Positions 40,445-50,790 of a stretch of DNA of 64,000 nucleotides are shown in pieces. Numbering within the stretch: the stretch's first letter is position 1; each line of letters begins with the position of its first letter. Under the pieces are notes generated by a model, which saw only the letters and a list, made by a program, of their open reading frames with translations, did not search any database and was not told the DNA's origin. The stretch comes from Candidatus Cloacimonadales bacterium (GTDB taxonomy: Bacteria; Cloacimonadota; Cloacimonadia; Cloacimonadales; JAFGVF01): contig CAXXOU010000003.1 of NCBI GenBank assembly GCA_963677495.2, forward strand, positions 352,001-416,000. Reading direction: 5' to 3'. The position numbers and the translations under genes are program-made.

Positions 40445-41140
40445 CTATCTTCTCTTAACTCTCTTTCTGATTACAACAACAAACTCACCTTTGGGTAGGC
40501 CTTCTGTCATAGTAATAATTTCTCCAATAGTACCTATAAACACTTGTTCTTCAGGATAAGTAAGTTTGTAACCTAACATTGCTTTTCTGTTACTTCCAAG
40601 CACTGTAGCCATATCTCTAAGCAATGATGGCATTCTATATGGAGCTTCAAGAAGAACTATGTCTTCATTAATCTGACCATTAAGAGAGCGTAATTCAGAA
40701 ATTCTTGCATCTTTACTTGGTGGCAAGAACCCATAATAGAAGAACTTCTTCAATGGTAATCCACTCACCTGCAACATAGCCATAATCGATGAAGGTCCGG
40801 GTACTGAGTGTACAGGAATACCGTTCTCATGACATAATCTAACTAATCTATTCCCGGGATCAGCAAAAAGTGGCGTTCCGGCATCAGAAATAAGAGCTAA
40901 TGTCTTCTTCTGCATTATGAGCATATCAAACAGCTCCATTGAACCTTCTTTCTCATTATGTTCATTTAACTCATACCACTCATTCTTTATACCATGGGCT
41001 CGGAGTAACTTCGTTCCGGGTTTTCTCTCTTCAAGAACTATCAAATCAACTGCTTTAAGTACATTCAAAGCTCTGATAGTTATGTCATCAGGGTTTCCAA
41101 TCGGGGTTGCGACAATATATAAACCGTGTTTTAATTCCAT
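40445..41140 (-). CDS. rsmI: 16S rRNA (cytidine1402-2'-O)-methyltransferase
   Basis: LYIVATPIGN..DIT.RA, ISDAGTP..ADPG, KGEFV. Confidence 0.93.
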   Translation of the reverse strand: MELKHGLYIVATPIGNPDDITIRALNVLKAVDLIVLEERKPGTKLLRAHGIKNEWYELNEHNEKEGSMELFDMLIMQKKTLALISDAGTPLFADPGNRLVRLCHENGIPVHSVPGPSSIMAMLQVSGLPLKKFFYYGFLPPSKDARISELRSLNGQINEDIVLLEAPYRMPSLLRDMATVLGSNRKAMLGYKLTYPEEQVFIGTIGEIITMTEGLPKGEFVVVIRKRVKRR

Positions 41141-43506
41141 TGTTTCCTTCTTATTAATTGGTAGCTTCCTACAGCCGTTGCAAGAATTGATAAAATCAAG
41201 CCAATCAAGCTTAATCTCAAACCTGTGTAATAACTCTTGGGCTTGAACTCCATTACTATCTCGTGATTACCTTCAGGTACTACTATACCTCGTAGAATTC
41301 CGTTCACAGGATATATTTCTGTTGCCTTTCCATCAATATATGCATTCCAACCTGCCGGGTAATATACTTCACTAACGACCATTAAGGCCTGTTTATCTGT
41401 TGTTGCATTAAATGCTAATCTATGAAGACCATATTCAGCAACTTTAACATCAGTATTTGTTGGAGTATTGACTTCAAGCACTTCTTTCTCAACTAATGCT
41501 GTATTAGCAGGATTAAATAGGTTGCTACTAACTTGGGCAGGTATCTTCGACAGTTCAGCGACTCTAACATTATCCACAAACCAGGCTTTTGGAAGTGCCA
41601 TTGGATTCTGGAACAATTTGAGTTCACCTTTAGTTACTAATGCTCTTCCTAAATCCTTTGTTGAAAGGATATATTTACCATTCATCATGTTTATGAAATT
41701 CATTGAATTAAAGTATTCCGGATTCTCCCAGTACTTCTGATATCTGGTGAGTTTAGCCCCATGATAACCTGAAGTTGTAGGAACAAATGCTGAGTAAGTA
41801 TTATCCATAGACTTCTCCGGATAGTGAAGCCTGTAATGACCATCTTGTTTCTGAATATAACGAGCAATAGAATCGGCTTTTAACTCTTTCTTTCTAGCTT
41901 TCTTCATATCATTCATATAGTTATTATCTACAATCTTCAAATCAATGAATACTGCTGCCATTATTAAGAGTAGATATGGTAACTGCTTTAGTTTCTTCAA
42001 GGAATACATCCAACTTAAGCCTAGTGTCAATACTCCGAACAGCACTGCTCTTATAATACCATTATATGCCATGTTTAATCTGACATCTTTCAATTGTTGT
42101 AGAATGTTTGCCGGATATTGAGCCTCTTTTGCAGTCATAAGGTCTGAGCCAGCCATAATAGAACGTCCTAAAACCAAACCAAGAACTGCTAATCCAACAA
42201 AACTGAAGAAGGTAATCTTCAACTGTTTCTGTGATTTCTTGTTTTGCGAGCTTAGAACAGCTTTCAAACCAAATCCTGCAAGAACAACTACAGCTCCTTG
42301 GCATACAACGAGTATTGTTACCGGTACTCTAAACTTGTTAAATCCAGGTAAGAATTTAAGGAGGAAGTCACTTAATCCGGGACTGTATTTTCCGAATGAC
42401 ATTAATGTAAATATTGCTAAAGAAATCCAGAGGAAGACAACCTCTTTCCGCCTATTAAGAACTAACGCTAATATTGCCAGAAGTAGTATTACCAATCCAA
42501 CATAATGATATACTTGAGTAAATGTCATCCATCCCCAGTAACCGGGTAAACCATATCGGTTCAACTCTCCTTTTACCGGAATAGAGATTCCCCCAAACAG
42601 ATCAGGTACAATAAAACTCCATAACTCAGCAGGATGTAGCGACCATCCTTGTGCATAATCTTTATCAAGACCTGTATCACCACCTCTAATCGTATATTTA
42701 GAATACTCATAAGTCGATAAAAATGGGTTCATTACTGCCATAGTTACAATTATAGCTGCTACTATGCCGAGAGCTGTGAATAAACCAAAATCTTTCATAT
42801 CCTTGCTCTTAAGTGCTAAGATAAGTTCATAAATCCAATAAACACCAACAAAAAGAAGTGTGTAATATGTTATTTGTAGATGATTAGCTCTGAACTGTGC
42901 GATAAGAAAAGCTGAAAAGAGTCCCAGACCAAGTAAGTTTCTCTTATCTCTTAGATAGAAAAGACTCCAGAAAATCCATGGGATAAACATAATAGCTCTA
43001 AACTTAGTATTATGCCCAATATCAAGAAGACCTACAACATGCCCTGTTAGCGCAAATGCCAGCCCCATTATAACTGCTATTAGTGCACCAAAACCAAAAT
43101 ATACACCAATAAGGTACATACCGGCTGCACCTAAGAAAAGATAGGTTAATCTCCAGTTTACTATCTTCTTGGATAAAGCTAAAGTCTCTTTAATAAAAGG
43201 ATACTTATTGGGCAATGATACCAAATAGGATGGCATTCCAGCAAATATATTTGGTGCCCAAAGTGCCTGATCCTTATGTTCTGCATTATAATCTTGTAGT
43301 ACTTTCGCTGAAGCTGCCCATTGCATACTGTCATGTGTCTTAGGTTCATAACCCTGGTATCCAATCTTAAAGAAAACAATACTCAATACTATAAATAGGA
43401 ACAATAATGCAACAATGTGCTGATACTTTTGGGGAAGTCCTAAACTATTATTCTCTTTTATTTCAGGCTGTATATTTACACTCTTCGAAGGTTTCTTCTT
43501 TGCCAT
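41131..43506 (-). CDS. YfhO-family multi-pass membrane protein (GT-C glycosyltransferase-like)
   Basis: LW.PNIF.GMP, GH..K, H.QITYY, PGFNKFR.P, SEVYYP.GW.A.IDG. Confidence 0.85.
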   Translation of the reverse strand: MAKKKPSKSVNIQPEIKENNSLGLPQKYQHIVALLFLFIVLSIVFFKIGYQGYEPKTHDSMQWAASAKVLQDYNAEHKDQALWAPNIFAGMPSYLVSLPNKYPFIKETLALSKKIVNWRLTYLFLGAAGMYLIGVYFGFGALIAVIMGLAFALTGHVVGLLDIGHNTKFRAIMFIPWIFWSLFYLRDKRNLLGLGLFSAFLIAQFRANHLQITYYTLLFVGVYWIYELILALKSKDMKDFGLFTALGIVAAIIVTMAVMNPFLSTYEYSKYTIRGGDTGLDKDYAQGWSLHPAELWSFIVPDLFGGISIPVKGELNRYGLPGYWGWMTFTQVYHYVGLVILLLAILALVLNRRKEVVFLWISLAIFTLMSFGKYSPGLSDFLLKFLPGFNKFRVPVTILVVCQGAVVVLAGFGLKAVLSSQNKKSQKQLKITFFSFVGLAVLGLVLGRSIMAGSDLMTAKEAQYPANILQQLKDVRLNMAYNGIIRAVLFGVLTLGLSWMYSLKKLKQLPYLLLIMAAVFIDLKIVDNNYMNDMKKARKKELKADSIARYIQKQDGHYRLHYPEKSMDNTYSAFVPTTSGYHGAKLTRYQKYWENPEYFNSMNFINMMNGKYILSTKDLGRALVTKGELKLFQNPMALPKAWFVDNVRVAELSKIPAQVSSNLFNPANTALVEKEVLEVNTPTNTDVKVAEYGLHRLAFNATTDKQALMVVSEVYYPAGWNAYIDGKATEIYPVNGILRGIVVPEGNHEIVMEFKPKSYYTGLRLSLIGLILSILATAVGSYQLIRRKQWN

Positions 43507-43513
43507 CTATTAA

Positions 43514-44560
43514 TTACTCCTTATTAACATTACTACACATAATGTAATATATAAATCTAAGTTCTTTCACTTCTTTTGCTATAAGTGAAATAGTAGAAGC
43601 TATAGGTACAGCTAAAATCATTCCGACAGGTCCCCATACCCAAGACCAGAAGATCAGAGATATAAGTATTGTTATAGGTGAAAGATTCAATGCATCCCCC
43701 ATCACTTTGGGTTCTATTAGATTACCCATTCCAATTTGCAGTGAAGTCAATGCAATAGCTAATCCAACTACTTCCAAACCAAATCCATACTGAAGTAAAC
43801 AAACTGCAATTGGAAATGCTGAAGCTACTGTTGAACCAATATTGGGAACATAATTCAGGAAGAATAAAAGAACTCCGGATATAATTACAAAATCGACTTT
43901 AAATAGTGATACAATACCCATACCAATCAGAGCAGTTAAAAGACTAATAAGCGTTTTCCTACTAAGATAATATTGAATACTTCTCTCAATCGTTCTAAGG
44001 ATTCTATGAAAATCATTGTTTCTTTTTGTTCCTAATGCACTATTTATTCTACTACTTATTGAATCTCTTTCCAGCATAACGAAGATAAAGAAAACGAATG
44101 TAAGAAACACACTTATCGAGAAGCTCAGAAATGTACCCATAGTATTCGATAATATTTTGGTTAATGATAATCTATTTGCCACATTCATCCAATTTACATC
44201 ATTTACTAAATATGCTTTCACGTCAGTTATTGGTAAGTTTAGCTTTTCAATACCCATTTCTGCAGCAGATATCACTTTTGCTTCATATCTGGGCAGCTCC
44301 TCCATAAACCCATCAAAACTGGCAAAGAGTGTAATTCCAACAACGATACTGATTGAAACAAGAATTAGTACAGATAGCAGTAAACTTATAATTTTAGGTG
44401 TTTGTCTCTTAAACAACTTAGTTAGAGGACTGAAACTTATAGCAAGAAATCCTGCTATAGCTAAGGGGATAAAAATACCCTTTAATTCGCGTAAAATCAC
44501 GACAACAATCGCTAAGGCTATTATACTTAGCAAAACAACTACATATCTCATTTTATCCAT
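43514..44560 (-). CDS. AI-2E (PerM) family transporter
   Basis: LNYVPNIGS, N.IEPKVMG..LNLSP, FW.WVWG..G.ILAVP. Confidence 0.92.
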   Translation of the reverse strand: MDKMRYVVVLLSIIALAIVVVILRELKGIFIPLAIAGFLAISFSPLTKLFKRQTPKIISLLLSVLILVSISIVVGITLFASFDGFMEELPRYEAKVISAAEMGIEKLNLPITDVKAYLVNDVNWMNVANRLSLTKILSNTMGTFLSFSISVFLTFVFFIFVMLERDSISSRINSALGTKRNNDFHRILRTIERSIQYYLSRKTLISLLTALIGMGIVSLFKVDFVIISGVLLFFLNYVPNIGSTVASAFPIAVCLLQYGFGLEVVGLAIALTSLQIGMGNLIEPKVMGDALNLSPITILISLIFWSWVWGPVGMILAVPIASTISLIAKEVKELRFIYYIMCSNVNKE

Positions 44561-45075
44561 GAATGTAGTGTCAATTATTGAGTTTTAATGTCAATGCTAA
44601 TTTAGAGTTATTTATAAATCATCTGGTTTATGAGAAATCTAGGTCTGATTCCCACACCCAACACTTTTTTAAGTTGAAGGCTCATGAATTCAGTATTGTG
44701 TTTTAAAAGATACACTCAGATATGTAGCTTTCCCATACCCTAACAATAAGGTATTTCTTAGCTATCTACAGGAATTTTTGCTGATTTTGTTGATTTTTAA
44801 TCTGAGTACGTATTTTTACAATCAACTCTTCCTAAACACTTTCAAAATAGTTTCTTATGCTCCAACTCAAGAGACTCCCTAGATTTAGTACTTGATTGCT
44901 CTCTCGTACCTGTAATTGTTCTTGTATCTTTACGTCATCTGAAACCAATCCGATTCCCATTCTCTGTAACGTGTTTCTAACGGGTAGCTAACGGGCATCT
45001 CATGGAATTGTGACAGTACAATCATTTGTATTGTCCTAAAACAATAACTCAAGTGCACTCAAGTGCACTCCCTAG

Positions 45076-45220
45076 TCTCAGCAGTAATTCTTTGTAATTT
45101 GATAGCGATATCTTGGTAATAACTTAGTAATAACTTAGTAATTAAACCAAGAATAGGCCAAGGATTGACCAAGGGTTGACCAAGTGTTTACCAAGTGTTT
45201 ACCAAGAATTACTGCTGAGA
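45076..45220. repeat. 145-bp element: 22-bp terminal inverted repeats around inverted 11-bp-phased arrays (CTTGGT / ACCAAG cores)
   Basis: TCTCAGCAGTAATTCTTTGTAA ... TTACCAAGAATTACTGCTGAGA; six (A/G)CCAAG units spaced 11 bp apart. Confidence 0.9.
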
Positions 45221-45661
45221 AGAGAGAGGGTAGTATAGCATAAAAACATTAGAATAGGGCAGTTAAAAATCAGAAATAACTATAGATTATTTAATAATGA
45301 TTATTACCTGCCAGCTTGTCCAACTAACGGAATGCATTTTGAAGCAAATGTGCTCTGAGATAATTGCTAAAGACTTCTCAGATTAACTCTGATGTATTTA
45401 TTCCCACGTTACCAATTGATTCTTCGTAGAGGTCCAACAACTTCTCCCTTGATAATAGATTATGTATCAGTTAACTTGATAGATCCAGTTAAAGCTGTAT
45501 ATTAGCACTAGGCTGGCTATGCTTCAATATTGCACAATATGTTCAAGTTGTATGCACACGCTAATCCATTGTTTGAAAAGCAGATTGATTAATTTCATTT
45601 GACGGTAATTACATAGTATATAATTTGGGAAACTGAATAAATATCACAATGAAGAGGTACC

Positions 45662-45913
45662 ATGATTAAGGCTAAAGTTTATATTACCCTGAAACCAAGC
45701 GTTCTTGACCCTCAGGGAAAGGTTGTAATGAACACATTACACAGTTTAGGACACGAAGGTGTGAGTGATGTTCGCGTAAGTAAATTCATTGAAATTAAAT
45801 TCGATAACAATAATGAAGAAGAAGTAAAAGCTGAATTAGAAAAGATTTGTGACAAAGTTCTCGCAAATCCTAATACAGAAACCTATTATTACGAACTCGA
45901 AACAGGTAAGTAA
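45662..45913 (+). CDS. purS: FGAM synthase subunit PurS
   Basis: LKPSVLDPQG...LANP..E.Y. Confidence 0.95.
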   Translation: MIKAKVYITLKPSVLDPQGKVVMNTLHSLGHEGVSDVRVSKFIEIKFDNNNEEEVKAELEKICDKVLANPNTETYYYELETGK

Positions 45914-45916
45914 ACA

Positions 45917-46606
45917 ATGAGAATTAATGTTATCATGTTTCCCGGCTCCAACTGTGACGGTGATGCTTTTCATATTAGCAAGATTCGCGGTCATGAAGTT
46001 GAGTTTGTATGGCACAAAGATACAGAACTGAAGAATCCGGATATGGTTTTCCTACCGGGTGGTTTTTCTTACGGTGATTATCTCCGTTGTGGAGCAATCG
46101 CAAAGCATTCTCCAATTATCCAAAAGGTGATTGAGTTTGCTAATGCCGGTGGACTTGTAATTGGTGTTTGTAACGGTTTCCAGATACTTACAGAAACAGG
46201 GCTCTTACCAGGAGCTTTAATGCAGAACAGAGACCTTGAATTTATCTGTAAACATCAGACAATACGAGTTGAAACTCAAGATTCACCATTTACAAACGCT
46301 TGTTCAAAAGAACAGGTTATTGATATTCCAATCGCTCATAAAGAGGGAAACTACTTTATCGATGAAGCAGGATTGAAAAGCTTGCAAGAGAACAACCAGA
46401 TTCTTTTCCGTTATTGTGATGAAACCGGTAATGTAACTGATGAAGCTAATCCTAATGGTGCTGTTGATAATATTGCAGGTATCTGTAATAAGAACCGCAA
46501 TGTTCTTGGAATGATGCCTCACCCGGAAAGAGCAGCTGAAGATGTTGTTCCAAGTGTTGATGGTAAGATAATCTTCGAATCAATAGAGAAGTTTTTAGGC
46601 CTTTAA
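45917..46606 (+). CDS. purQ: FGAM synthase glutaminase subunit PurQ
   Basis: [36 protein letters not shown]. Confidence 0.96.
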   Translation: MRINVIMFPGSNCDGDAFHISKIRGHEVEFVWHKDTELKNPDMVFLPGGFSYGDYLRCGAIAKHSPIIQKVIEFANAGGLVIGVCNGFQILTETGLLPGALMQNRDLEFICKHQTIRVETQDSPFTNACSKEQVIDIPIAHKEGNYFIDEAGLKSLQENNQILFRYCDETGNVTDEANPNGAVDNIAGICNKNRNVLGMMPHPERAAEDVVPSVDGKIIFESIEKFLGL

Positions 46607-47337
46607 TGATAACCAAAGTTTCTGCAATGTGCAAAGGATTGAAAGAGATAATTAATCTTAATCTTCTCTTTCCACCTGTATGCCAGCATTGTGGAGATAG
46701 AATAGATAAATCTGATGACTATCTTTGTGACAGTTGCTCAGAGAAGTTAATGCTACTTGAACCTAACTTATGCCCCTATTGCGGGAAAAAGATGGTTCGA
46801 GGTGAATGTTTTGACTGCGGAAGACCGGAAGAACCTTGGACAGAAGCACAGGCTATATTTGCTTATAGAGACAGCCTTAGAGCTTTGATCCATAGTTTAA
46901 AATATGATGGTAAACGTGGAATTGCCAAGTTCCTAGCTAAGAAGACATCTGAATGGTTGCAACAAAACAGAATATTTACTGATGCAAACCTAATTTTACC
47001 AATCCCTTTGCATAGGGTAAGGTTGAAAGAAAGGGGATTTAACCAGTCTGCTATCATATCGAAGTATATTGCAAAAATGCAGAACTGGTCATTTAGTGAT
47101 TCATCATTGATTAGAAACAGAGCAACAACCAAGCAGTCAAAAGTTGCCGATCATGAGCGTGCTATGAATGTTCATAACGCCTTCTCAGTAAAGAAGCCGG
47201 AATTGATACTTAGTAACAATGTCGTGTTACTTGATGATATTTTTACATCAGGTTCAACAATGCGAGAAGTATGTAACGTTGTGAACAAGTGTAACCCTAA
47301 AAGACTTTATGTATTAACAATAGGGAAAGTATGTTAA
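46606..47337 (+). CDS. comF: ComF-family protein (double zinc ribbon plus phosphoribosyltransferase)
   Basis: CxxC pairs, PIPLH..R..ERGFNQS, LLDDIFTSGST. Confidence 0.9.
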   Translation: MITKVSAMCKGLKEIINLNLLFPPVCQHCGDRIDKSDDYLCDSCSEKLMLLEPNLCPYCGKKMVRGECFDCGRPEEPWTEAQAIFAYRDSLRALIHSLKYDGKRGIAKFLAKKTSEWLQQNRIFTDANLILPIPLHRVRLKERGFNQSAIISKYIAKMQNWSFSDSSLIRNRATTKQSKVADHERAMNVHNAFSVKKPELILSNNVVLLDDIFTSGSTMREVCNVVNKCNPKRLYVLTIGKVC

Positions 47338-47720
47338 ACGAAGAAAGCTTCATTGTAGAAGTACCAAGAGAAAAAGCTTTAATGCTTATTGATAAGGCAG
47401 CCAGGTTCTTTGTTGAAAGAAAGCTTACTCCTGCCGCTATCATGACAATTGAGTCACTAAAACCGCTTCATGGGATTACAAGTGCAGCAATGTATGCTGT
47501 GTTACCGGTGATGGAGTTGATATTCGATTCAAAGAGTTATCAGGAATTTGCTGTAATACTTGAAAATCGTGAATATGTGAATCTGCTTGTGAAACGCATT
47601 GAAGATATAGATGATGAGATGTATTGGGAAGAGCGCGAGAAGAATCGTGCAATCCGGATTAAACGACGCAAGCAGTTTAGAAACTGGTTAAGAAGAATAT
47701 TTAAAATAAATAAAAAATAA
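47331..47720 (+). CDS. conserved hypothetical helical protein
   Basis: Overlaps comF and lies 14 bp before the glmL-like gene; 'PAAIM..ES.KPL' motif. Confidence 0.75.
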   Translation: MLNEESFIVEVPREKALMLIDKAARFFVERKLTPAAIMTIESLKPLHGITSAAMYAVLPVMELIFDSKSYQEFAVILENREYVNLLVKRIEDIDDEMYWEEREKNRAIRIKRRKQFRNWLRRIFKINKK

Positions 47721-47734
47721 TAGCGGAGGAGTGT

Positions 47735-49597
47735 ATGCAATATCCAAAAGAGAAACTTACCAGGATTATTGCTACGGACTGTGGTAGTACCACAACCAAA
47801 GCGATCCTCATTGAGTATGTTGACGGTGAATATCGTCAAACTGTTAGAGGTGAATCCCCAACTACGGTGGAATCACCCCTTAACGATGTTACTCGAGGTG
47901 TCCTGAATGCTGTGCAAGAGCTTGAAGAGCTTGCACGTTTAAAATATAACAATGACAACATTAAGCTAATTGAAAATGATAAGCTTGTTATCCCAAGAGA
48001 TGGAGACTTAGGTGCTGATGCTTATGTTTCTACATCTTCTGCAGGTGGTGGTCTCCAGATGATGGTGACAGGTGTTGTTGCAAAGATGACCGGTGAATCT
48101 GCTGAGCGTGCTGCTCTCGGTGCCGGTGCTATCGTTATGGACCTTATCGCTTCAAATGATAAGAGAATGAATCACCAAAAGATTGAACGTATCAGACAGC
48201 TTCGTCCGGATATGATTCTTATGGCCGGTGGTGTTGACGGTGGAACAACTAAACACGTTGTGGAGATGGCTGAGCTTGTTGCTGCTGCTGACCCTAGACC
48301 ACGTCTTGGATCCTCTTATAACCTTCCTGTTATTTTTGCAGGTAATACAAAAGCTGTTGATGAGATTAAAGAAACTCTCGATAAGAAGGTTGACCTTATC
48401 GTTACTGATAACTTAAGACCTACTCTTGAGAACGAAAATCTCGGACCGGCTCGTGATAAAATTCATGACCTCTTCCTTGAGCACGTTATGCAACAGGCTC
48501 CCGGTTATAGCAAATTAATGTCTTGGGCAATCGGTCCTGACCACAAAACGGTTCCAATTATGCCTACACCTGCTGCTGTGGGTAACATCATGCAGACTAT
48601 CGCTAAGATGAACCAGATTGAGGTTCTTGGTGTGGATATCGGTGGTGCTACAACTGACGTATTCTCAGTTTTCACTGATGAGTATATCTTCAACCGTACA
48701 GTTAGTGCTAACCTTGGTATGAGTTATTCTATCTCTAACGTTCTTGCATCTGCAGGACTTGATAATATCTTACGTTGGGTTCCATTCGATATTGATAAGA
48801 AAGAACTCCGTAACATGATTAAGAATAAGATGATCCGTCCTACAACAATTCCTGCTAAAGCTACTGAACTTGTGCTTGAACAGGCAATTGCTAAAGAAGC
48901 TCTTCGTCTTGCTCTTATTCAACATAAAGAATTTGCTGTTTCGCTTAAGGGTGCTCAGCAGCAACGTGACATCTCTCAGGCTTTCGCTCAGAGCGAAACA
49001 GGTGCTACTATCGTTAACATGTCTACTCTTGATCTTCTTGTTGGTTCTGGTGGTGTTTTATCACATGCTCCACGTAGAAATCAGACTGTTATGATGATGA
49101 TTGATGCCTTCTTACCAGAATGTGTAACTCGTCTTGCTGTGGATTCAATCTTCATGATGCCTCACCTTGGTGTGATTGCATCTATCAATGAAGAAGCAGC
49201 TACTGAAGTATTTGATAAAGACTGTATGGTTTACCTTGGAACATGTGTTGCTCCTGTTGGTAAAATTAAAGAAGATGCTATTGCTCTTGAAGCTAAACTT
49301 ACACTACCTGATGGTTCTACATTCGATGAGAAGATTCCATTCGGTGAAGTAAGAATGATTCCTTGTGGTGTTGGTGAAAAAGCTAAAGCTGTACTTAAAC
49401 CGGGTCGTGGACTTGATGTCGGTGCCGGTAAAAACCAAGTACTTGAAACTGAGCTTCATGGTGGCGTTGTTGGTATCGTTCTTGATACTCGTGGACGTAG
49501 ACCATTTGTTTTACCTGTGGAAGCACAGCAGCGTGTGCCTCGTCTCCTTAAGTGGATGAAAGAGTTCAAAGCATACCCTGAAACAATGTTGGATTAG
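47735..49597 (+). CDS. GlmL/MutL (glutamate mutase L)-like ASKHA ATPase with C-terminal extension
   Basis: DCGSTTTK, SSAGGGL.M, AALGAGA, AGGVDGG, MPTP.AV, DIGGATTDV.S, RTV...LGM. Confidence 0.85.
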   Translation: MQYPKEKLTRIIATDCGSTTTKAILIEYVDGEYRQTVRGESPTTVESPLNDVTRGVLNAVQELEELARLKYNNDNIKLIENDKLVIPRDGDLGADAYVSTSSAGGGLQMMVTGVVAKMTGESAERAALGAGAIVMDLIASNDKRMNHQKIERIRQLRPDMILMAGGVDGGTTKHVVEMAELVAAADPRPRLGSSYNLPVIFAGNTKAVDEIKETLDKKVDLIVTDNLRPTLENENLGPARDKIHDLFLEHVMQQAPGYSKLMSWAIGPDHKTVPIMPTPAAVGNIMQTIAKMNQIEVLGVDIGGATTDVFSVFTDEYIFNRTVSANLGMSYSISNVLASAGLDNILRWVPFDIDKKELRNMIKNKMIRPTTIPAKATELVLEQAIAKEALRLALIQHKEFAVSLKGAQQQRDISQAFAQSETGATIVNMSTLDLLVGSGGVLSHAPRRNQTVMMMIDAFLPECVTRLAVDSIFMMPHLGVIASINEEAATEVFDKDCMVYLGTCVAPVGKIKEDAIALEAKLTLPDGSTFDEKIPFGEVRMIPCGVGEKAKAVLKPGRGLDVGAGKNQVLETELHGGVVGIVLDTRGRRPFVLPVEAQQRVPRLLKWMKEFKAYPETMLD

Positions 49598-49606
49598 GAG
49601 GAAAGA

Positions 49607-50737
49607 ATGGCACAAGCATATTCAGCAGGATTGACAGTTACTGACAGTATTGTACTTAGAAAAGAAAGAATTCTTCCTATCAAGGGTAAAGTCCTTGTGA
49701 AGGTTGGAGATAAAGTAAAGGCTGAAGACCTCGTAGCTGAGACACTCTTACCTGGTAATGTTATCCCAGTGAAACTTGCCAATAAGATGGGTTGTACAGC
49801 AGAACAGCTTCAGACTTACTTAAAAATTAAACCGGGTGATGAGATTAAGAAAGACCAAATTCTTGCTGAGAATAATGGTTTCTTAGGTCTTGGATTCTGG
49901 AAAAATAGCTATAAATCACCAACAGATGGTGAGGTTGAAAGTATTTCAAAACACACAGGACAGATGCTTCTTAGAGAACCAAGAATTCCGATTCAGGTTA
50001 AGGCATTTATCGATGGTGTTGTTACCGAAGTTATCCCTGAAGAGGGTGTTGTTATCGAGAATAAATCAGCCTATATCCAAGGTATCTTTGGTATTGGTGG
50101 TGAAACTTTCGGTGAAATCAAAGTCCTTGCAAAGAACCCAACTGATTCCCTTGAAGCAAGTATGATTACTGAGGCTTGCAAAGGTAAACTTGTTGTTGGT
50201 GGTAACCTTGTAACTCTTGATGCTATTAAAAAAGCTAATGAGATTGGTGTTTCTGCTATCATTACAGGTGGTATTGAAGACCAGGATATCAAAGAACTTC
50301 TTGGATATGACATTGGTGTTGCTATCACAGGTCACGAAGAGATCAACACAACTATCGTTGTTACTGAAGGTTTCGGTCCTATCAATATGGCTCGTAAGAC
50401 TTTCGATCTTCTTAAGAGCTTTGAAGGCAAAAAAGCATCATGCCACGGTAAGACACAGATCCGTGCCGGTGTTATGAGACCTGAAGTTATCATCCCTCTT
50501 GAATTCCAAGAAGATGAGCTTAATGTGAAAGAAGCTAAGATGCCTACACTCGAAGTTGGTTCAACTATCCGTGTTATCAGACAGCCTAACTTCGGTAGTA
50601 TTGGTAAAATCACAGGCTTACCAGAGAAACTTACACAGGTTGATTCAGAAACTTGGGTTCGTGTTCTTGAAGCTGAACTTGAAAGTGGTGAGAAAGTTGT
50701 TATTCCACGTGCGAACGTTGAAGTTATCGACGAATAG
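49607..50737 (+). CDS. conserved hypothetical protein (barrel-sandwich-hybrid repeats, central alpha/beta domain, C-terminal KOW/SH3-like)
   Basis: LVKVGDKVKAED, IKPGDEIKKDQILA, TEGFG, GSTIRVIRQPNFG..G...IPRANVE; AGGAGG RBS. Confidence 0.8.
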   Translation: MAQAYSAGLTVTDSIVLRKERILPIKGKVLVKVGDKVKAEDLVAETLLPGNVIPVKLANKMGCTAEQLQTYLKIKPGDEIKKDQILAENNGFLGLGFWKNSYKSPTDGEVESISKHTGQMLLREPRIPIQVKAFIDGVVTEVIPEEGVVIENKSAYIQGIFGIGGETFGEIKVLAKNPTDSLEASMITEACKGKLVVGGNLVTLDAIKKANEIGVSAIITGGIEDQDIKELLGYDIGVAITGHEEINTTIVVTEGFGPINMARKTFDLLKSFEGKKASCHGKTQIRAGVMRPEVIIPLEFQEDELNVKEAKMPTLEVGSTIRVIRQPNFGSIGKITGLPEKLTQVDSETWVRVLEAELESGEKVVIPRANVEVIDE

Positions 50738-50759
50738 TCATTGCTAAGAATAAATATCG

Positions 50760-50790
50760 AGCCCTGCATGAATGCAGGGCTTTTTTGTTT
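50760..50790 (+). terminator. intrinsic terminator
   Basis: AGCCCTGCAT-GA-ATGCAGGGCT followed by a T tract. Confidence 0.85.

Noticed and set aside
45076..45220. CRISPR interpretation of the phased arrays (also 9269-9398 and 19092-19176)
   Set aside because: The 11-bp period with 5-6-bp cores is far too short, the arms are inverted, and no cas genes are present.
45662..46606. Missing purL after purS-purQ as evidence of pathway loss
   Set aside because: purL is commonly encoded elsewhere; this cannot be judged from one window.
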